Shown one piece after another: positions 49,740 through 63,214 of a stretch of 64,000 nucleotides of DNA (position 1 is its first letter; the number at the start of each line of letters is the position of its first letter). The position numbers and the translations under genes were made by a program. The notes under the pieces were generated by a model. It was not told the origin of the DNA, searched no databases, and was given only the letters and a program-made list of their open reading frames with translations. Origin of the DNA: Asterias rubens (Eukaryota); contig NC_047072.1 in the NCBI RefSeq assembly GCF_902459465.1, positions 6,138,001 to 6,202,000 of the forward strand. The letters are read 5' to 3'.

Positions 49740-50090
49740 CAGTAGAATTCTAAACATCCACTAGCGGGACCATATTACAAACAGGGAAGTTTATATGGCA
49801 ATCTACCGCCACTATCCAAGACCATAATGCAGAGACGTCTACAGTTTGTCGGTCACTGTTTGCGTACAGCTGATCAACCAATATCGCACCTGATCTTCTG
49901 GAATCCTCCTAGCGGACATCCAAATCGCTGCAGAAGGAAAATGAGCTACACTGACACCATCACCTGACACACAAATCTCAATCTAAACGAGACTCAACAA
50001 CTCATGAGGGATAAAGCAACCTGGCACCATTTCATCAAAGCTGCTTCAACTATTCTGTCCAAGGACGAAGAATGATGATGATGATGATGA
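49740..50090 (+). mobile_element. 3' end of an RTE/RTEX-like LINE with (TGA)n tail
   Basis: Degenerate reading ..NLPPLSKTIMQRRLQFVGHCLR..QPISHLIFWNPP.. followed by a TGA microsatellite. Confidence 0.7.
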
Positions 50091-51977
50091 TAGCTGTCAT
50101 TGGCTCAATTGACCATCGAAGTTGCACACAAACAATGAAAGAAAGAAAACCTTATTGTAAACATGACTGAAGCCTTTCTCGGATTCAAATTTTGGTGTGA
50201 ATTTTGGTTCTTTAAAACTGCATTACTTCAAAGGGTGTTGTTGCTAAACAATGTGTTTATAATATCAACAGCTCTCCTTAAAGACAGTGGACACTATTGG
50301 TAATTGTCAAAGACCAGTCTTCTCACTTGGTGTATCTAAACATATGCATAAAATAACAAACCTGTGAATATTTGAGCTCAATTGGTCGTCGAAGTTGCGA
50401 GATGTGAATGAAATAAAAAACACCCTTGTCACACGAAGTTGTGTGCTTTCAGATGCTTGATTTCAAGACCTCAAATTCTAAACTTGAGGTCTCGAAATCA
50501 AATTCGTGGAAAAATTACTTCTGTCTCGAAAACTACGTCACTTCAGAGGGAGCCGGTTCTCACAATGTTTTATCTTATCAACCTCTCCCCATTACTTGTT
50601 ACCAAGTGAGGTTTTATGCTGATAATTATTTTGAGTAATTACCAAAAGCATACCCTGCCTTCCATAAACATGAGGCCTAAACTACTTCAAATAAATGATG
50701 ACAGCAAGTCACTGCTTGCAGAAGAAAGTGAAGGAAAAATTATAACAAGAAACATACATCTCCATTATAATTGTATACCAATGTAAAGAACCTTCCTGTA
50801 CAAAACAATATGCATTGTAGAATTTGAAACTTTGAAACTTTAACTCTGAGTTGAAACCAACGGTTCTTTTCAGAACCACCCCAACTCATTAGAGATAGTC
50901 ATTACATGGTGTTACCGCAAACCTTTCTATATAATATACATTGTAACAACATTAAATTGTCCCTCTTTTATGACATTTTGTACATGTTACTTGAAAAACT
51001 AAGAGTTTTGGATGAATGTACTCTTCCACTACCAATCATGTTCAAGTACATGTACTTGCCCTTGTGCCAGATTTCACAATTAAGCTGAAAACTGATAAGC
51101 AACAGAGAAATACTTTCATTTGTGCAAAAATGTAAATTCGGTCGGATACTTTTCTTTGAGCCTTATGTTTTATAATCACTGGACACTATTGGCAATTGTC
51201 AAAGACGAGTCTTCTCACTTGGTGTATCTCAACATATGCATGAAATAACAAACCTGTGAAAATTTGAACTCAATTGGTCGTCGAAGTTGCAAGATAATAA
51301 TGGAAGAAAAAACACCCTTATCACACAAAGTTGTGTGCTTTTAGATGCTTGATTTCGGGACCTCAAAATCTAATTCTGAGGTCTCAAAATCAAATTTGTG
51401 AAAAAATACTTCTTTCTCGAAAACTTTGTTACTTCAGAGGGACCCGTTTCTCACAATGTTTTATACTATTAACAGCTCTCCATTGCTCACTACCAAATAA
51501 GTTTTTATGCTAACAATTATTTTGAGTAATTACCAATAGTGTCCAGTGCCTTTAAGTGGAAGTTAGTCAAATGAACAATGAACTATCCAGATCTATTTAC
51601 CTGGACACATTTTTGCCGTTTCTGCAAATTTGTTGAGCTTAACACAAGCTATTATGTTGGTAAGTCATTGCTTCTAGCTCCAAAGCTCACATACGTTCGT
51701 AAGCAAAGAATCAGCACTTGCTGTACTACATGTACTAGCAGGGAATTCTGTGCTTAAGTTGGGCATATTTCACGAGATGGCAGTACCGTACAGCTAGCGC
51801 AGAAATTTTGCGCTGAGAATGGTGATCGTAAGCGCAGAATTCGTCGGTAAGCATAACCATGAAATTGGGCCATGGTGATGGTAAACGGAACCAATGACTT
51901 TTTACATTTTAGGGCAGTTGTATAAACTGCTAGACTTCGAAGCTTGCCCGGTGATTACAAAGATTTTCTTGTCTTAA

Positions 51978-52359
51978 AGGGACACATTGCCTTGGATCGG
52001 TCGAGTTGGTCTTTGAAAAGCGTTTGTAACCATTTTTTATAAAATGCATATGGGTAGAAAGATGTTGTAAAAGTAGAATACAATGATCCGCACAAACATG
52101 CCTCGAAATTGCATGGTTTTCCTTTTACCTCAACGACTAACACGTCGGCCATTTATGGGGGTCAAAATTTTGACTCCCATAAATGGCTGACCGCGTTAGT
52201 TCGCACAGTAGAAGAAAAACCACGCTATTTCGAGGCAAACTTGTGTGGATCATTGTATTCTACTTTTAAAACATCTTTCCAACCATATGCATTATATAAA
52301 AAACGGTTACAGACGCTTTTGTTTTGACCAACTCGTCCGTTCCAAGGCAACGTGTTCCT
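51978..52359. mobile_element. Intact copy of the palindromic TTAA MITE family
   Basis: ttaa|agggacacattgcc ... ggcaacgtgttcct|ttaa. Confidence 0.8.
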
Positions 52360-54548
52360 TTAATACAGGTACATTTTAGTGTAAATAATTGATGGAGAGA
52401 CTTGATCAAATCTAATTAGGCAGCCTCCCCCAACACTTTAAGTGGTTTCTTCTTGTATAGTTATGCTGAGTAAACTTAACGCCTTAACATGGTTATCAGA
52501 CTGATTGTGCTTCGTTAATTAAAGATTTATCTGATATTATGAGAAATATTACCATTTATATTATGCCAAACTACAAACAAAAACAAAATAAAAAAATGCG
52601 ATATTATGATTTGTGTTTCCTGAATTGTGTGTATAAAAGAGCGAGTTGATACCAATAGGATTTGAATGGACCCTTCCCATGAAATATGCTAATCACATTC
52701 ACGCATGCGTACAGACCCTGTTGGTTGGCAAACGCCATAGAGTTGTGCACTAAGCAGACGCACAATCGCGTCTGCGTCACGCACCCATTAGCCATGTACA
52801 GAACAGCGCGATGTTCCCTCATTTTACCAACCAAAACGTTAGTGCGCACGCGCTATGTGCAATTTACATATTTCATGGGAAGGGTCTATTGCCTTTAGCT
52901 ACCAAGCAATCTCAGTGCTCTAGAATTGCAAAGGTCATGGGTTTGAATCCCAGCTAAGTATTATGCCTGTGATTTTTTTCACATAACTCTGGAAAGTACC
53001 GAGTATACAGTGCTAACACACATCAGTGTAAGGGTAAAACCAAATTAATATTAAATAATACTCGAATAATAGTCCAGCTCGAGGCAAACTACAAAATGTA
53101 CAAATATGGTTTTAAACTCAATCACACAAATTATAAAGATTGAAATACAAGTGTTTTATTGGGCACAAAATCCCCATCTAAATCACCCCCAAGAACTAAA
53201 CGAGCCTTTTACAAAGTTAAGAAACTGTGCACTAAGTTGTTTTAAAATACTAAGGCAAAAATATTATCAGGACGAGTTCCACCAGAAACAGGCCATATAG
53301 TGCTCTTAAATAGAAAGTATTGCTGAACAAATTAATGAGCTTAGCGAGATGTAGTCGGGTAACAGTCAAAAGGAGTAAAAATGTTCACATGCAGGCTGGT
53401 AAAGTGTGTCTGCTAAGCATGTTTTTCTGTGCTTAGTAAACTCATGTGCTATGCAGCATCATGAAAATAATGTGAGTTTTTTCCCAGTGCTTGTATGCAA
53501 GTTCAGAACATGTTTTCCTTTGCGTTGGGGAAAGAAGAAAAACCCAATCAAACAAAAGAAACACCAAAAAAGTATTCAAGAACATGAATGTGAACATTAA
53601 ATTGTGACAACACATGAGTACCCGAGTTTAAAGATAGGGTAATAAATTGGTTTTAATCTGCGCAATACTGACTTATAAAGTCAATTTGTTGATACAATAA
53701 CCTGTGAAAGTTTCAGCTGAATACAGTTAACTGTATAAATAAAGAAAACCACCCTAAAACAGCAAAATAATTTTGAGCCGTCGATGTTGAGTGAGGTGAC
53801 GATAGGCACTAAACTGCGTCTGCAGCTTTCACAAAAGGACCCCTCATAATTTTAAATCTCCAAGACTTGCCTTTATAAAATTGTTGCCATACTTTTATTT
53901 ATTTCTGATCAATAGGAGCATTCCAGATGAAATCATTTTTGCAGGATGCCAATCAGAATTACAATCTTTTTGGCAAGTAAGCTTTCTGATTGAAATGACA
54001 AATTTCTTTTAGGGTCATTATTACCGAAATATGACCTTATTAAGTACCTACACAACATGCACACTATGAGCAGAACACCCCCCCCCCCCTATTTGGCTTT
54101 AAAATGTTAAAAAGAAAACTTTTGTCCACATATTTTCATTTCAAGATAAGCAACACACAATTATTTAAATAAATTGACATATTATAAACTAGACTTGTTA
54201 CAAAAACATGCAGAACCTAAGTTTCACTTGTCCTTATTGATGAAAATTTTATTTGTACCTTATTTCCAATTACTTTGAATGGATAACAAAATTTCAAGCT
54301 GTTACTATGAGACCAGGGGTAAATTTCACAAAGAGTTAGGACTAGTCCTAACTTAGGATTAGTCCTAGGAGATATTACAAACTTAAGGTTAGTCCTAAGT
54401 GAGGACAAGTAACTCATCCTAACTCGAGATAAGACTAGTCTTAACTCTTTGTGAAAATCCATCCTAAGCGACAGAGACAGCAGACAAAGCAAAGAGACTT
54501 GTAGCAAGTCTAATTCAGAGGAACTGGCGTTCCCATTCCACAGGGGGT

Positions 54549-57500
54549 TTATTTATCCTTCTGTTTGCTAAAGTACTTCAGTTTGTCCTCTGGATGCGGA
54601 ATAATCTGGTGGAAAAAGAAGAAGAGAAAGTAGAAGTTTATCAATTTGTTATAAAATTAACTGGCTATCAAAAGTGTATAACATCAAATCTTACACTGGA
54701 CCCCGTCAGGCCCAAGATTTTAGCGTTCCGAAGGTAAAGTCACGACTGGGCAAAGTTGGGTCTTGGGTTCGAATCCCACCCGAGTAATATGCCTGTGATA
54801 TTTTTTTCAGAGGACTCGGGAAAGTACTGAGTATACAGGGCTCACACACATCAGTGTATGGGTAAAAACCAAAATTAATATTCTTTATCCCGATGCAAAT
54901 TTAACATCTATTATGACTGGGCAAATCGGGCTGTCTTGTGTTTTTGTTTAAATGATGATTTTTCAGTTCGGAAAATCTCTTTTAATCCTATCCAGTACTG
55001 GAATTGTTTCTTTCCCATCATGAAATAAACTATGCATATAATCTTTTATCTTTACGGCAACTTATATTTCTACTTACTGTGTCACTGCCTGGCTTCCAAC
55101 CTGCTGGGCACACTTCACCATTCTTGTCTGTAAACTGGAAAGCCTGCACCAATCTCAAAGTCTCATCAACCGATCGGCCGACCGGTAAATCATTCATTGT
55201 AATTTGACGCAGAACACCATTGCCGTCAATTATGAACAGGCCCCTGAAAATGAAAAATAACAAGGTGAAGATGAAATAAATAGCAAAGATTAAAGGCACT
55301 GGACACTATTGGTAATTATAAAAATTATTGTCAGCATAAAAACTTCCTTAGTAATGAGCAATGGGGAGCTGTTGACAGTATAAAACATTGTGAGAAAAGG
55401 CTCCCTCTGAAGTAACATAGTTTTTTCAGAAAGAGGTTACTCAATATTAAAAGTCTTCTGGCCTGATGCCTTTTTTTAAGCACACAAATCTGTGCAACAA
55501 GGGTTTTTTTCTTTCATTGTTCCCAATTGCAACTTCGATGACCAATTGGTTCCAAATTTTCACAGACATATTTTATGCCTATGTTGGGATACACCAAGTG
55601 GGAACACTGGTCTTTGGCAGTTACCAGAAGTGGTTAGTGCCTTTAGAACAGCTCTTCCAGGTTTGGAACGTGAAATTTGGGGTAATACATTTATAAATAC
55701 TCAACAAAATCAATGGTCATAAAAACTTACTTGGCAAGAAGCACTGCAGCTATTCATATTGTAAACTATTTTGGTTAATTATGGTTTTGATAATTTTTTC
55801 ACCCAGAACATTTGAATCTTACACATTGTTTAGGGTTGGTCTCCATTCATGAACGCTGCATCAGGAGATGTGGTTAGTATGAGCTGTCACTTTGCTCATC
55901 ATGGACTAATTCAACGTTCTTGTGAAAATATTACTCAGGAAAAGATTCAGGAAAAGATCGTAATTAATTATTTTTAATAAAAAACTGCAACATCTTTTTG
56001 ATGTTTTCTCCACATTTAACATTGTATTCAGCTGAAGTGTTCACATGTGACTTTTCTTGTAACTTTCTATATATATTTTAAAAACAAAAAACATTTTGTA
56101 TGTGCGGGATTACCTGAGAGTGTGCCCCAAATCCTCCAATAGAACGCCATAATCCTTAGAGATCTGGTGTGTTAGATCAGATAGAAGAGGGATTGACATT
56201 GGTCCAAGGCCGCCTTTCTTCCGTGGAGTATTCATCCTATTTCAAACAAACAAACAAACAAACAAACAAAATGATGAGAAAAACAATAAAATACTGGGTG
56301 CAGTCGATTAGCTTCCCCGGGTCGACCCCGATGTGCTCATCCAAGTGAGCCCCTGACATGAGCTAATCGAACGCCAACTTCCCCCGGCATTGACGCCAAG
56401 GCATCTTGCGACAGCCCACCAAAACTCCTTTTTTTTGGGTGCATTATGTTTGAAACTGTTGGTGGATTCACAAAAAAGAATGAAAATAATAATTTTTTCA
56501 ATATAAAACTGCAACATTGAGTAAATTTATAAGCTCACAGTGATACGAATGTACCCATCTCGGAAAAAAAAAAACTAAATGCTCACAGATTCGATGATTT
56601 AAAGGTGACCTACTCCACAAGTAGATTGTAGGGCACTTTGAGTTGACCTGGGTGAGCCCCGTATATGTCGTCAAAGCTATTGAACGCACAGGCTACAAAG
56701 TTGTTTTCCTAACCTCATTGATGGTCATCACCCAGGGGTATAATGGGCACCAGCGAGGGTAGAGGTTGATATTGTGTATGAAAAAGCCTTTTGGCAAGGA
56801 TACCCAGGGGTATCAATGGGTACCAGCGAGGGTAGAGGTTGCATCGTGTATGAAAAAGCCTTTGGAGCGCTACGGTTGCCCAGGTTGTATAGGAATGTTA
56901 TTGGCCAATGACCAGGGCACTAATGTAATTAAAGCACATTGAGACAGTTTTTGTGAAATGCGCTATGTAAGAACTTGTTATTACTATTATTATGAGTATC
57001 CTTGTTGGGGGAAACAAACCCAAATCTAGGTACAATAAGTAAACCCCGTTCAGAGTAGTATAGGAGCAAACATACCATGCCAAATGGGTGAACTGAGAAT
57101 CGACAGAAACTGCAACCACATCGGTGTTGATTTTGTTGAATTCACTGACGCGGTCACTGAAGGCGATGATTTCTGTAGGACAGACAAAAGTACTGGAAGG
57201 CAAAATGTAATAAAAAATAGTTAGACAAAATCTCTGCAAAATATTCGAGAAAAATCCTCTAAATCTACTCATTAATTCTTCTTTTATAATGATTATTACC
57301 CAAAATATCGACATAAATACAGGAAAATCATGAAATAAACATAAACATGTACAATAATAAGAGCTTTATTCCAAATTGTATAATTTGCATTACAGGGAAA
57401 TCAAGGCAATAAATAACAGTGACAAAAAATTGTTATATCAAGACATCTACTCATGACTGAAGGAAGTGGGATTCAAAGAATGGGTTCTTACAAGTCTAGA

Positions 57501-59227
57501 GGATAGAAGACAAGCACAAGATATCTTCCTTTGTAGTCCGACAACTTCAACTCTTTAAATTCCCCATTGACCACTGCGGTCCCTTCAAAGTTAGGGGCCG
57601 GTTTGGAAACTGCATGGAAAGTTACAGAGAGAGAGAGAGAGAAAAATTAAACAATAATTTTAAAACCATTGATCCCCTTTCCTTGAGTGATGACTTGGAT
57701 CCTTCCTCACACCTCACATTAAAGGCACTGGACACTATTGGTAATTACTCAAAATAATTGTTATCATAAAAAATTACTTGGTAATGAGCAATGAAGATTG
57801 AAGAGCTGTTCATAGTATAGAACATTGTTCCTTGATGACAGAACAGCATAACCAAAATCAGCAGGTTTTTCGACGGAATATCAATACTGTTTAGTTTCAA
57901 ATTATTTAATAAAGTGATCACGTATTAAATAAACCTGCTGATGCAACACATTTTTATGGGGCCTCTATTCGCAGTTTCTGCATCTATTGCATTAACCCAC
58001 CTATTCAAATTCAACTGCTCAATTTTCAGGATTCAATTTCCATTTAGTAATAAATATTTATATTAGTCAGTGCTCCATACATCAATGCCTGATCTAAACA
58101 ATGGTTAAAACTGTGCGGATAACTTTCCGTGTGGCTCCACCACTTTTTCACTCATTTTTACAAAGAGGAATATCTCATTGAGGTAAATAAGATACTATAT
58201 TATTTCATATCGGATGAAAAAGTGGTGGCGCCACACGGACACTTTTCCAACTGTGCAAGCATTTAATAACACTAACAAATAACAGTGTTAACCACAATGA
58301 ACAGATGGCACTAGATTCAACAACATAGAGCAAGGCCACCAAGGATAAAGAGCATCAACAAGCTTGTCAAGTGGATATTATGACAACTTAACTGAAGTGG
58401 GTACAATCATTTCAATTGTAAATTCAATCATACTTGAAAAGCTAGCCAGCTGAAAGATTCTCAATTCTGATTTGATTAAGTCTCCCACATATTAATACGC
58501 AATTTTATGGCTGTTTGCGCCATCTTGTTCAATTGACAAGGGTAAGGTTTGTATATAATAATAAAACAAACACGTGTTTTCGTTTCCATTTGTTACATAT
58601 ATACTATTCGATTTATAAAAACTCTATATGTCATTGTCAGACAAAATTAGACAATTGTGATGCCAGAAAACTCCCTGTAGAAAGTGCCCTCATGCTGATG
58701 TGGTCAAAAATGCAGCGGTTTACAATCATTCTACCTCCAACTTCAATTCAACATAACATGTTCAATCAAGTTCAATCATCCTCCATGCCAATCCATCCAA
58801 CCCAAACAAAAAGAGTCCATGAATTGTAAAAAACACAATGTTTTTTCAAATATTTCACATAAGATAGGATCAAATGTAGCATTTATTTGCTCTAATTAAA
58901 AGATTGTTGTATTGCACTCCAAAAGCCAATATCATCTGAAAACCAATTAAATTACCCCTCCCACTTTTTCAACCACACGTACGTACGGGGCTAAAACCCA
59001 TAGCCACGCCCACCCTTTCTTTCCAAAATTATGTTTGTGTTACGTTCCATACTTTGCGCTTTACTCCAGTGAACAGCATGCTCGGAGGACCTCAGTCCCT
59101 CTCCAGGATAAACATGCCCCCCTCCGTAGCTGTAGCAGGCCTCTTCAGCTCCGGATGGCAACGAAAAAGCCAACACGAAGAGAAACCTGCACACGCTAAA
59201 TGCAACGAAAGACAACAAACGCGCCAT
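54549..59227 (-). CDS. PRDX4: Peroxiredoxin-4 (typical 2-Cys, signal peptide), about 251 aa; coding exons 59227-59053, 57609-57492, 57192-57076, 56236-56114, 55243-55078, 54605-54549
   Basis: Hydrophobic leader, [27 protein letters not shown] (peroxidatic Cys), [11 protein letters not shown] (resolving Cys). Internal exon sizes 118/117/123 match the human gene as I recall it; total 756 nt. Confidence 0.97.
54735..54915 (+). mobile_element. Second tRNA-derived SINE family; another copy at about 52930-53055
   Basis: B-box GGTTCGAATCC followed by a shared body (taatatgcctgtgat..gtatacag..cacacatcagtgta.gggtaaaa..caaattaatatt). Confidence 0.65.
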
Positions 59228-59648
59228 CTTGAACTGAGACAGCCAGGTGCCACTCTAAAAAACTGTATACACAGAAAACCGCTCGGTGGGCCGTCTGGGT
59301 AACTTACCAAAATTAATCTCGTTTTTTGTTTTTGCAGCAAAGCATGCAGTCAGAAAGACACGTACAAATTTAGACTGGCAAATATGTCCAGCGATGTTTT
59401 GTCAAGTGTCTATATATCTCAAGATAACATTTAAGTTTAAAATCATACTGGATGTAGTAAAAAATAATACTGCTCTATATATATAGTGTAATTAAAAAAA
59501 GTAATATAAAAAAAGAGAAGAAAAAAAAACTGTTTTTAAAGATTCAAAAGAACTAAATTAAAATTTTAAATGAAGAAGGACTTGACAAGTTCAGTACAAA
59601 CAATTCTCAATCGGGTATAAAATGATCGGGCACGTGTGTGTTGTTTTT

Positions 59649-59661
59649 AGGTCAAAGGTCA
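59649..59661 (+). promoter_or_regulatory. Perfect DR1 nuclear-receptor element AGGTCA-A-AGGTCA in the PRDX4/PEX7 divergent promoter
   Basis: Exact sequence match; function not shown. Confidence 0.45.
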
Positions 59662-60594
59662 AAGAACTGCCGATGTTCTTGTTTTGTTTTGTAAGCTTGA
59701 GAAGTGGGTAACTTCATCATCAGTCAACCACGATTATGGGTACTTCATGGAGGTAGAAAATGACCTGTCTTAATCTGTTGCTCATCAAAACAACGAAATG
59801 GTTTGTAAATAGAACAGGGCACGACACAGCATGCACTGCAGCAGGCCTACGTAGTAAAATCACAGCTGTGCCACTCTTCTTCTTCTCAAGTTCTTGTCTA
59901 CTCTAACTAAGTTAGAGTAGGCTAGAGTTAGAGTGGTTAGAGTCTAACCACTCTAACTCTAGGCTACTTCTATTCTAGAAACTTAATAGTTTCTAGAAGT
60001 AACTCTAGCCCCACTTGTGTGGCCAAGGATAGCTGAATCCTTAGCTATCCTTGGCCACACAAGTGGGGCTAGTATAACTATAACTCAGTCTAATTTATAA
60101 TATAATTATAAAATATTATTAATTAATAATAATGTGAACAGTCATTGATGATTAAACATAAATTAATGATTGTTGATTATGATTGATTCTTGAATGATGT
60201 GGTATACCTATAATGGAGCTGCTAAATATTATTATTATTATTACATCAACCAAGATCAAGAAGATGTTGTTGCGTAGGCCTATCACACAAATGTTGTTGC
60301 ACTCTCCAGCGCCCCGGTTATTGGGTCTACAGTGCCCTACTCTAGAATTATGAGGTTCATTCGCTATGACATCTCCAGATGATAGCAGAATGAACTCATA
60401 GTTCTAGGAGTACCATCGTGTCGCTTTAGGATGATAGGCGCTAATAATGCTTTTAAAATCCTACAGTGTTTTTAAAATTGAAATAATTTGAAACAAGTAT
60501 TTTTATCCCCAGAACCAGAATGGATGCCTTTGAATTGATCCTTCCCATCATTTACCATTGAAGTCTTGAAGACACAGCTGTTTGATCAAGTAAT

Positions 60595-61852
60595 ATGTTC
60601 AGGCCACCAGTCGCTTTTCGGTCTCCTGGACGTCAGGGATATGCAGTACAGTTCTCCCCATACCTCCCGCAAAGATTGGCCGTAGCGGCATCTCAGCATT
60701 TTGGTATCGCAGGTCAGTTTTTGGACACACTGCATTGGATGTCAGACAACTTTTCCGTCGGACAACTCGACGGTTTGGACCTCAACGGTTAATACAACTC
60801 CACTTTGAGACAACTCAAAGAATGGCCAAAACAAGCCAACGGTTTGAACGGTTGTTCTCCATTAATGACATGTTTACACAAATTTCCTGTGTAAATCCTA
60901 ACCGTATCCCTAACCCTAACCCTTACCCTAACCCTAACTCTAACCTTACCCCCCCCCCTTTACCGGCCCTGTGCGCGCCCCGTGGCGAGGCCCCCGTCAC
61001 AGCCATCTGTCGATTTGTCCATCTGTCGACTTGTCTTGGTCCTAAGTCTAGTTGTATGACGGTTAAAAAAAAATGTCCGTCGAGTTGTCCAAACGGTCGA
61101 GCTGTCTCATTCGTCAAGTTGTCTGAACGGTCAAGTTTTTCAACGGAAAAGTTGTCTGAACACCGCTCACTGCTTTGTATCGTATGACAGACAGACAGGC
61201 TAATTTGATCAGGTTTTGATTATTTTAATAAATAATAATAACAATAAAAAAACAAATTTTGTATTTAATTGGCCTCTACATCTATGACCAAAGATATTTC
61301 AAGATGCTGGAAAAAGAGGTTCTTCTAATTTTGTGATGACCGTTTTTCAAATGCTTTGCAATTCCAGCTGAAGTTGGTTTCAAAGTAGTACATAAAAATA
61401 CTTCATTGTTGTGCATGTGCATCACACCTTAATGCACTAGACACTATCCGTATTACTCAAAATAATTGTTAGCATAAAAAATTACTAGTAACAAGCAATG
61501 AAGAGCTGTTGATAATACATAACATTGTGAGAAAGGCTGCCTCTGAAGTGAGAGAGTTTTTGAGAAAGAGGTAATTTCTCACCTATTAAGTTATTAAAAA
61601 GGCCTGAAGCCTTTTATTAGGCATCGGTCACACAAATTGTTTCTCGAAATATTATACATTAACAACAGCTGAAGTGCTTTTTAATAAGAAGCACCCTTAC
61701 CAAGTAGGTTTGTTATGGTCATTAATTACCAAAGTATACCCTTCCTTTAATTAAAACGCATTCTTTTGTTTTTTGTTTTCCTCAATCTGTACAGGTAAAG
61801 GAAGCTTGTTTGTTATTGATGTTTTACCAGCCGGTGCTGTACTGTTAAACAG
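60595..61852 (+). CDS. PEX7: Peroxin-7 (PTS2 receptor, WD40), first two coding exons 60595-60712 and 61795-61852; gene continues beyond the window
   Basis: [41 protein letters not shown] resembles human [41 protein letters not shown]. The second exon is 58 nt with canonical splice sites. Confidence 0.92.
60743..61158. mobile_element. TIR element (cagacaacttttccg / cggaaaagttgtctg) with internal CCCTAA-like repeats, in PEX7 intron 1
   Basis: 15-bp perfect TIRs; degenerate (CCCTAA)n at about 60897-60948. Confidence 0.7.
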
Positions 61853-62047
61853 GTATATTATCTTATATTTTAGGGCTCAATTTCACTAAACATAAAGGAA
61901 CACGTTGCCTTGGATCAGTCGAGTTGGTCTTTGAAAAGCGTTTGTTACCATTGGCTATAAAATGCATATTGTTTGAAAGATGTTTTTAAAGTAAAATACA
62001 ATGATCCACACAAACGCCTTGAAACTGCAAGGTTTTCCTCTTACCTC

Positions 62048-63214
62048 TTATAATAATAATAATAATAATAACAGTATTTATAAAGCGCCAAATTGCCAAA
62101 GGATACAAGGCGCTGAGAAGGAATGAAGAGGGAAAAAGACAGAACAAAGATAAAGATGACCAGCTACGAAGAGGCAAAAAGGTGGGTTTTGAGAGCACGT
62201 TTGAAGGCTGGGACACTGTTGGAGCTTCTGGTAAGGGTAGGTAGAGAATTCCATAGTCGGGGAGCAGCAATTGAAAATGCCCTATCACCTGCAAGTTTAT
62301 GGGTTTTGTGAACTGAAAGGGATTTACCAGTAGTAGAGCGAAGAGAGTAAGAAGATGTCTGGAGTGAAAGGAGAGAGGAGAGATAATCCGGGGCACAGTG
62401 ATTGAGGGATTTATATGTGTGGACCATTGTACGGAATTGAATGCGTTGGGCAACTGGAAGCCAGTGTAATTGCTTGAGAAGTGGAGATGAGTGAGTGAAT
62501 TTGGGCAGCTGAAAGATAAGTCTGGCACAGCGGTTTTGGAGCCGTTGAAGGCGGGAAACATCTTTCTGTGAAACACCATTCAGGAGGCAGCAGCCATAGT
62601 CCAGCTTGGACAGAATTAAGGCACGGACAGCATTATGGCAGGCGCTGAAATCAAGAAACCTCCTGATCCGGCTTAGGTTGCGTATATGCCAGTTAAGAGA
62701 GCGACAGAGCTGAGTAATGTGAGCAGACATGGACATGTTGCGATCGAAAACAACACCCAAGTTTCTGACAGATGGAGAAGGATGAATTTGAGTGCCATTT
62801 AGATTAAAGGTGAGGTGATCCAGATTTTTGAGGTGAGTGGGAGAGGCTGCAATGAAGAATTCCGTCTTATCCGGGTTCATCTTGAGCTTATTGGTGACCA
62901 ACCAGGATTGAAGTTCGTTGACACACCGAGACAAACGAAACAAAGCACAAGCAGCATCTCCAGGGCGGGAGGGGTTGAATGTTAAGAACAACTGTACATC
63001 ATCAGCATACATGTGGTACTGGATTGAGTGACGTCGAATAAGTTGACCAATGGTGTGGGAGTAATAAGTGAACATCTGAGGTCCAATGACGGAGCCCTGA
63101 GGAACGCCATATTTGAGCTTTGCTTCAGTAGAGAGGGCATCCTTAACACAAACCTGGCTAGATCTATCACTCAAGTATGTGTGGAACCACTGGTGAACAA
63201 CTCCATCTAAACCA
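62048..63214 (-). mobile_element. 5'-truncated L2/CR1-group LINE: uninterrupted RT C-terminal half (stop at 62164), 3' UTR and (TTA)n tail
   Basis: YGVPQGSVIGP, YHMYADDVQL, KLKMNPDKTE, VRNLGVVFD, LHWLPV and RAFSIAAPRLWNSLP motifs in ORF 62164-63285. Confidence 0.93.

Noticed and set aside
56300-56890. Two roughly 65-bp direct repeats and duplicated blocks in PRDX4 intron 3
   Set aside because: They look like tandem fragments of a common SINE-like repeat, with no sign of an independent function.
61986-63210. Additional ORFs 61986-62579, 62123-62311, 62982-63170 and 63028-63210
   Set aside because: They are antisense or alternate frames of the L2 fragment.
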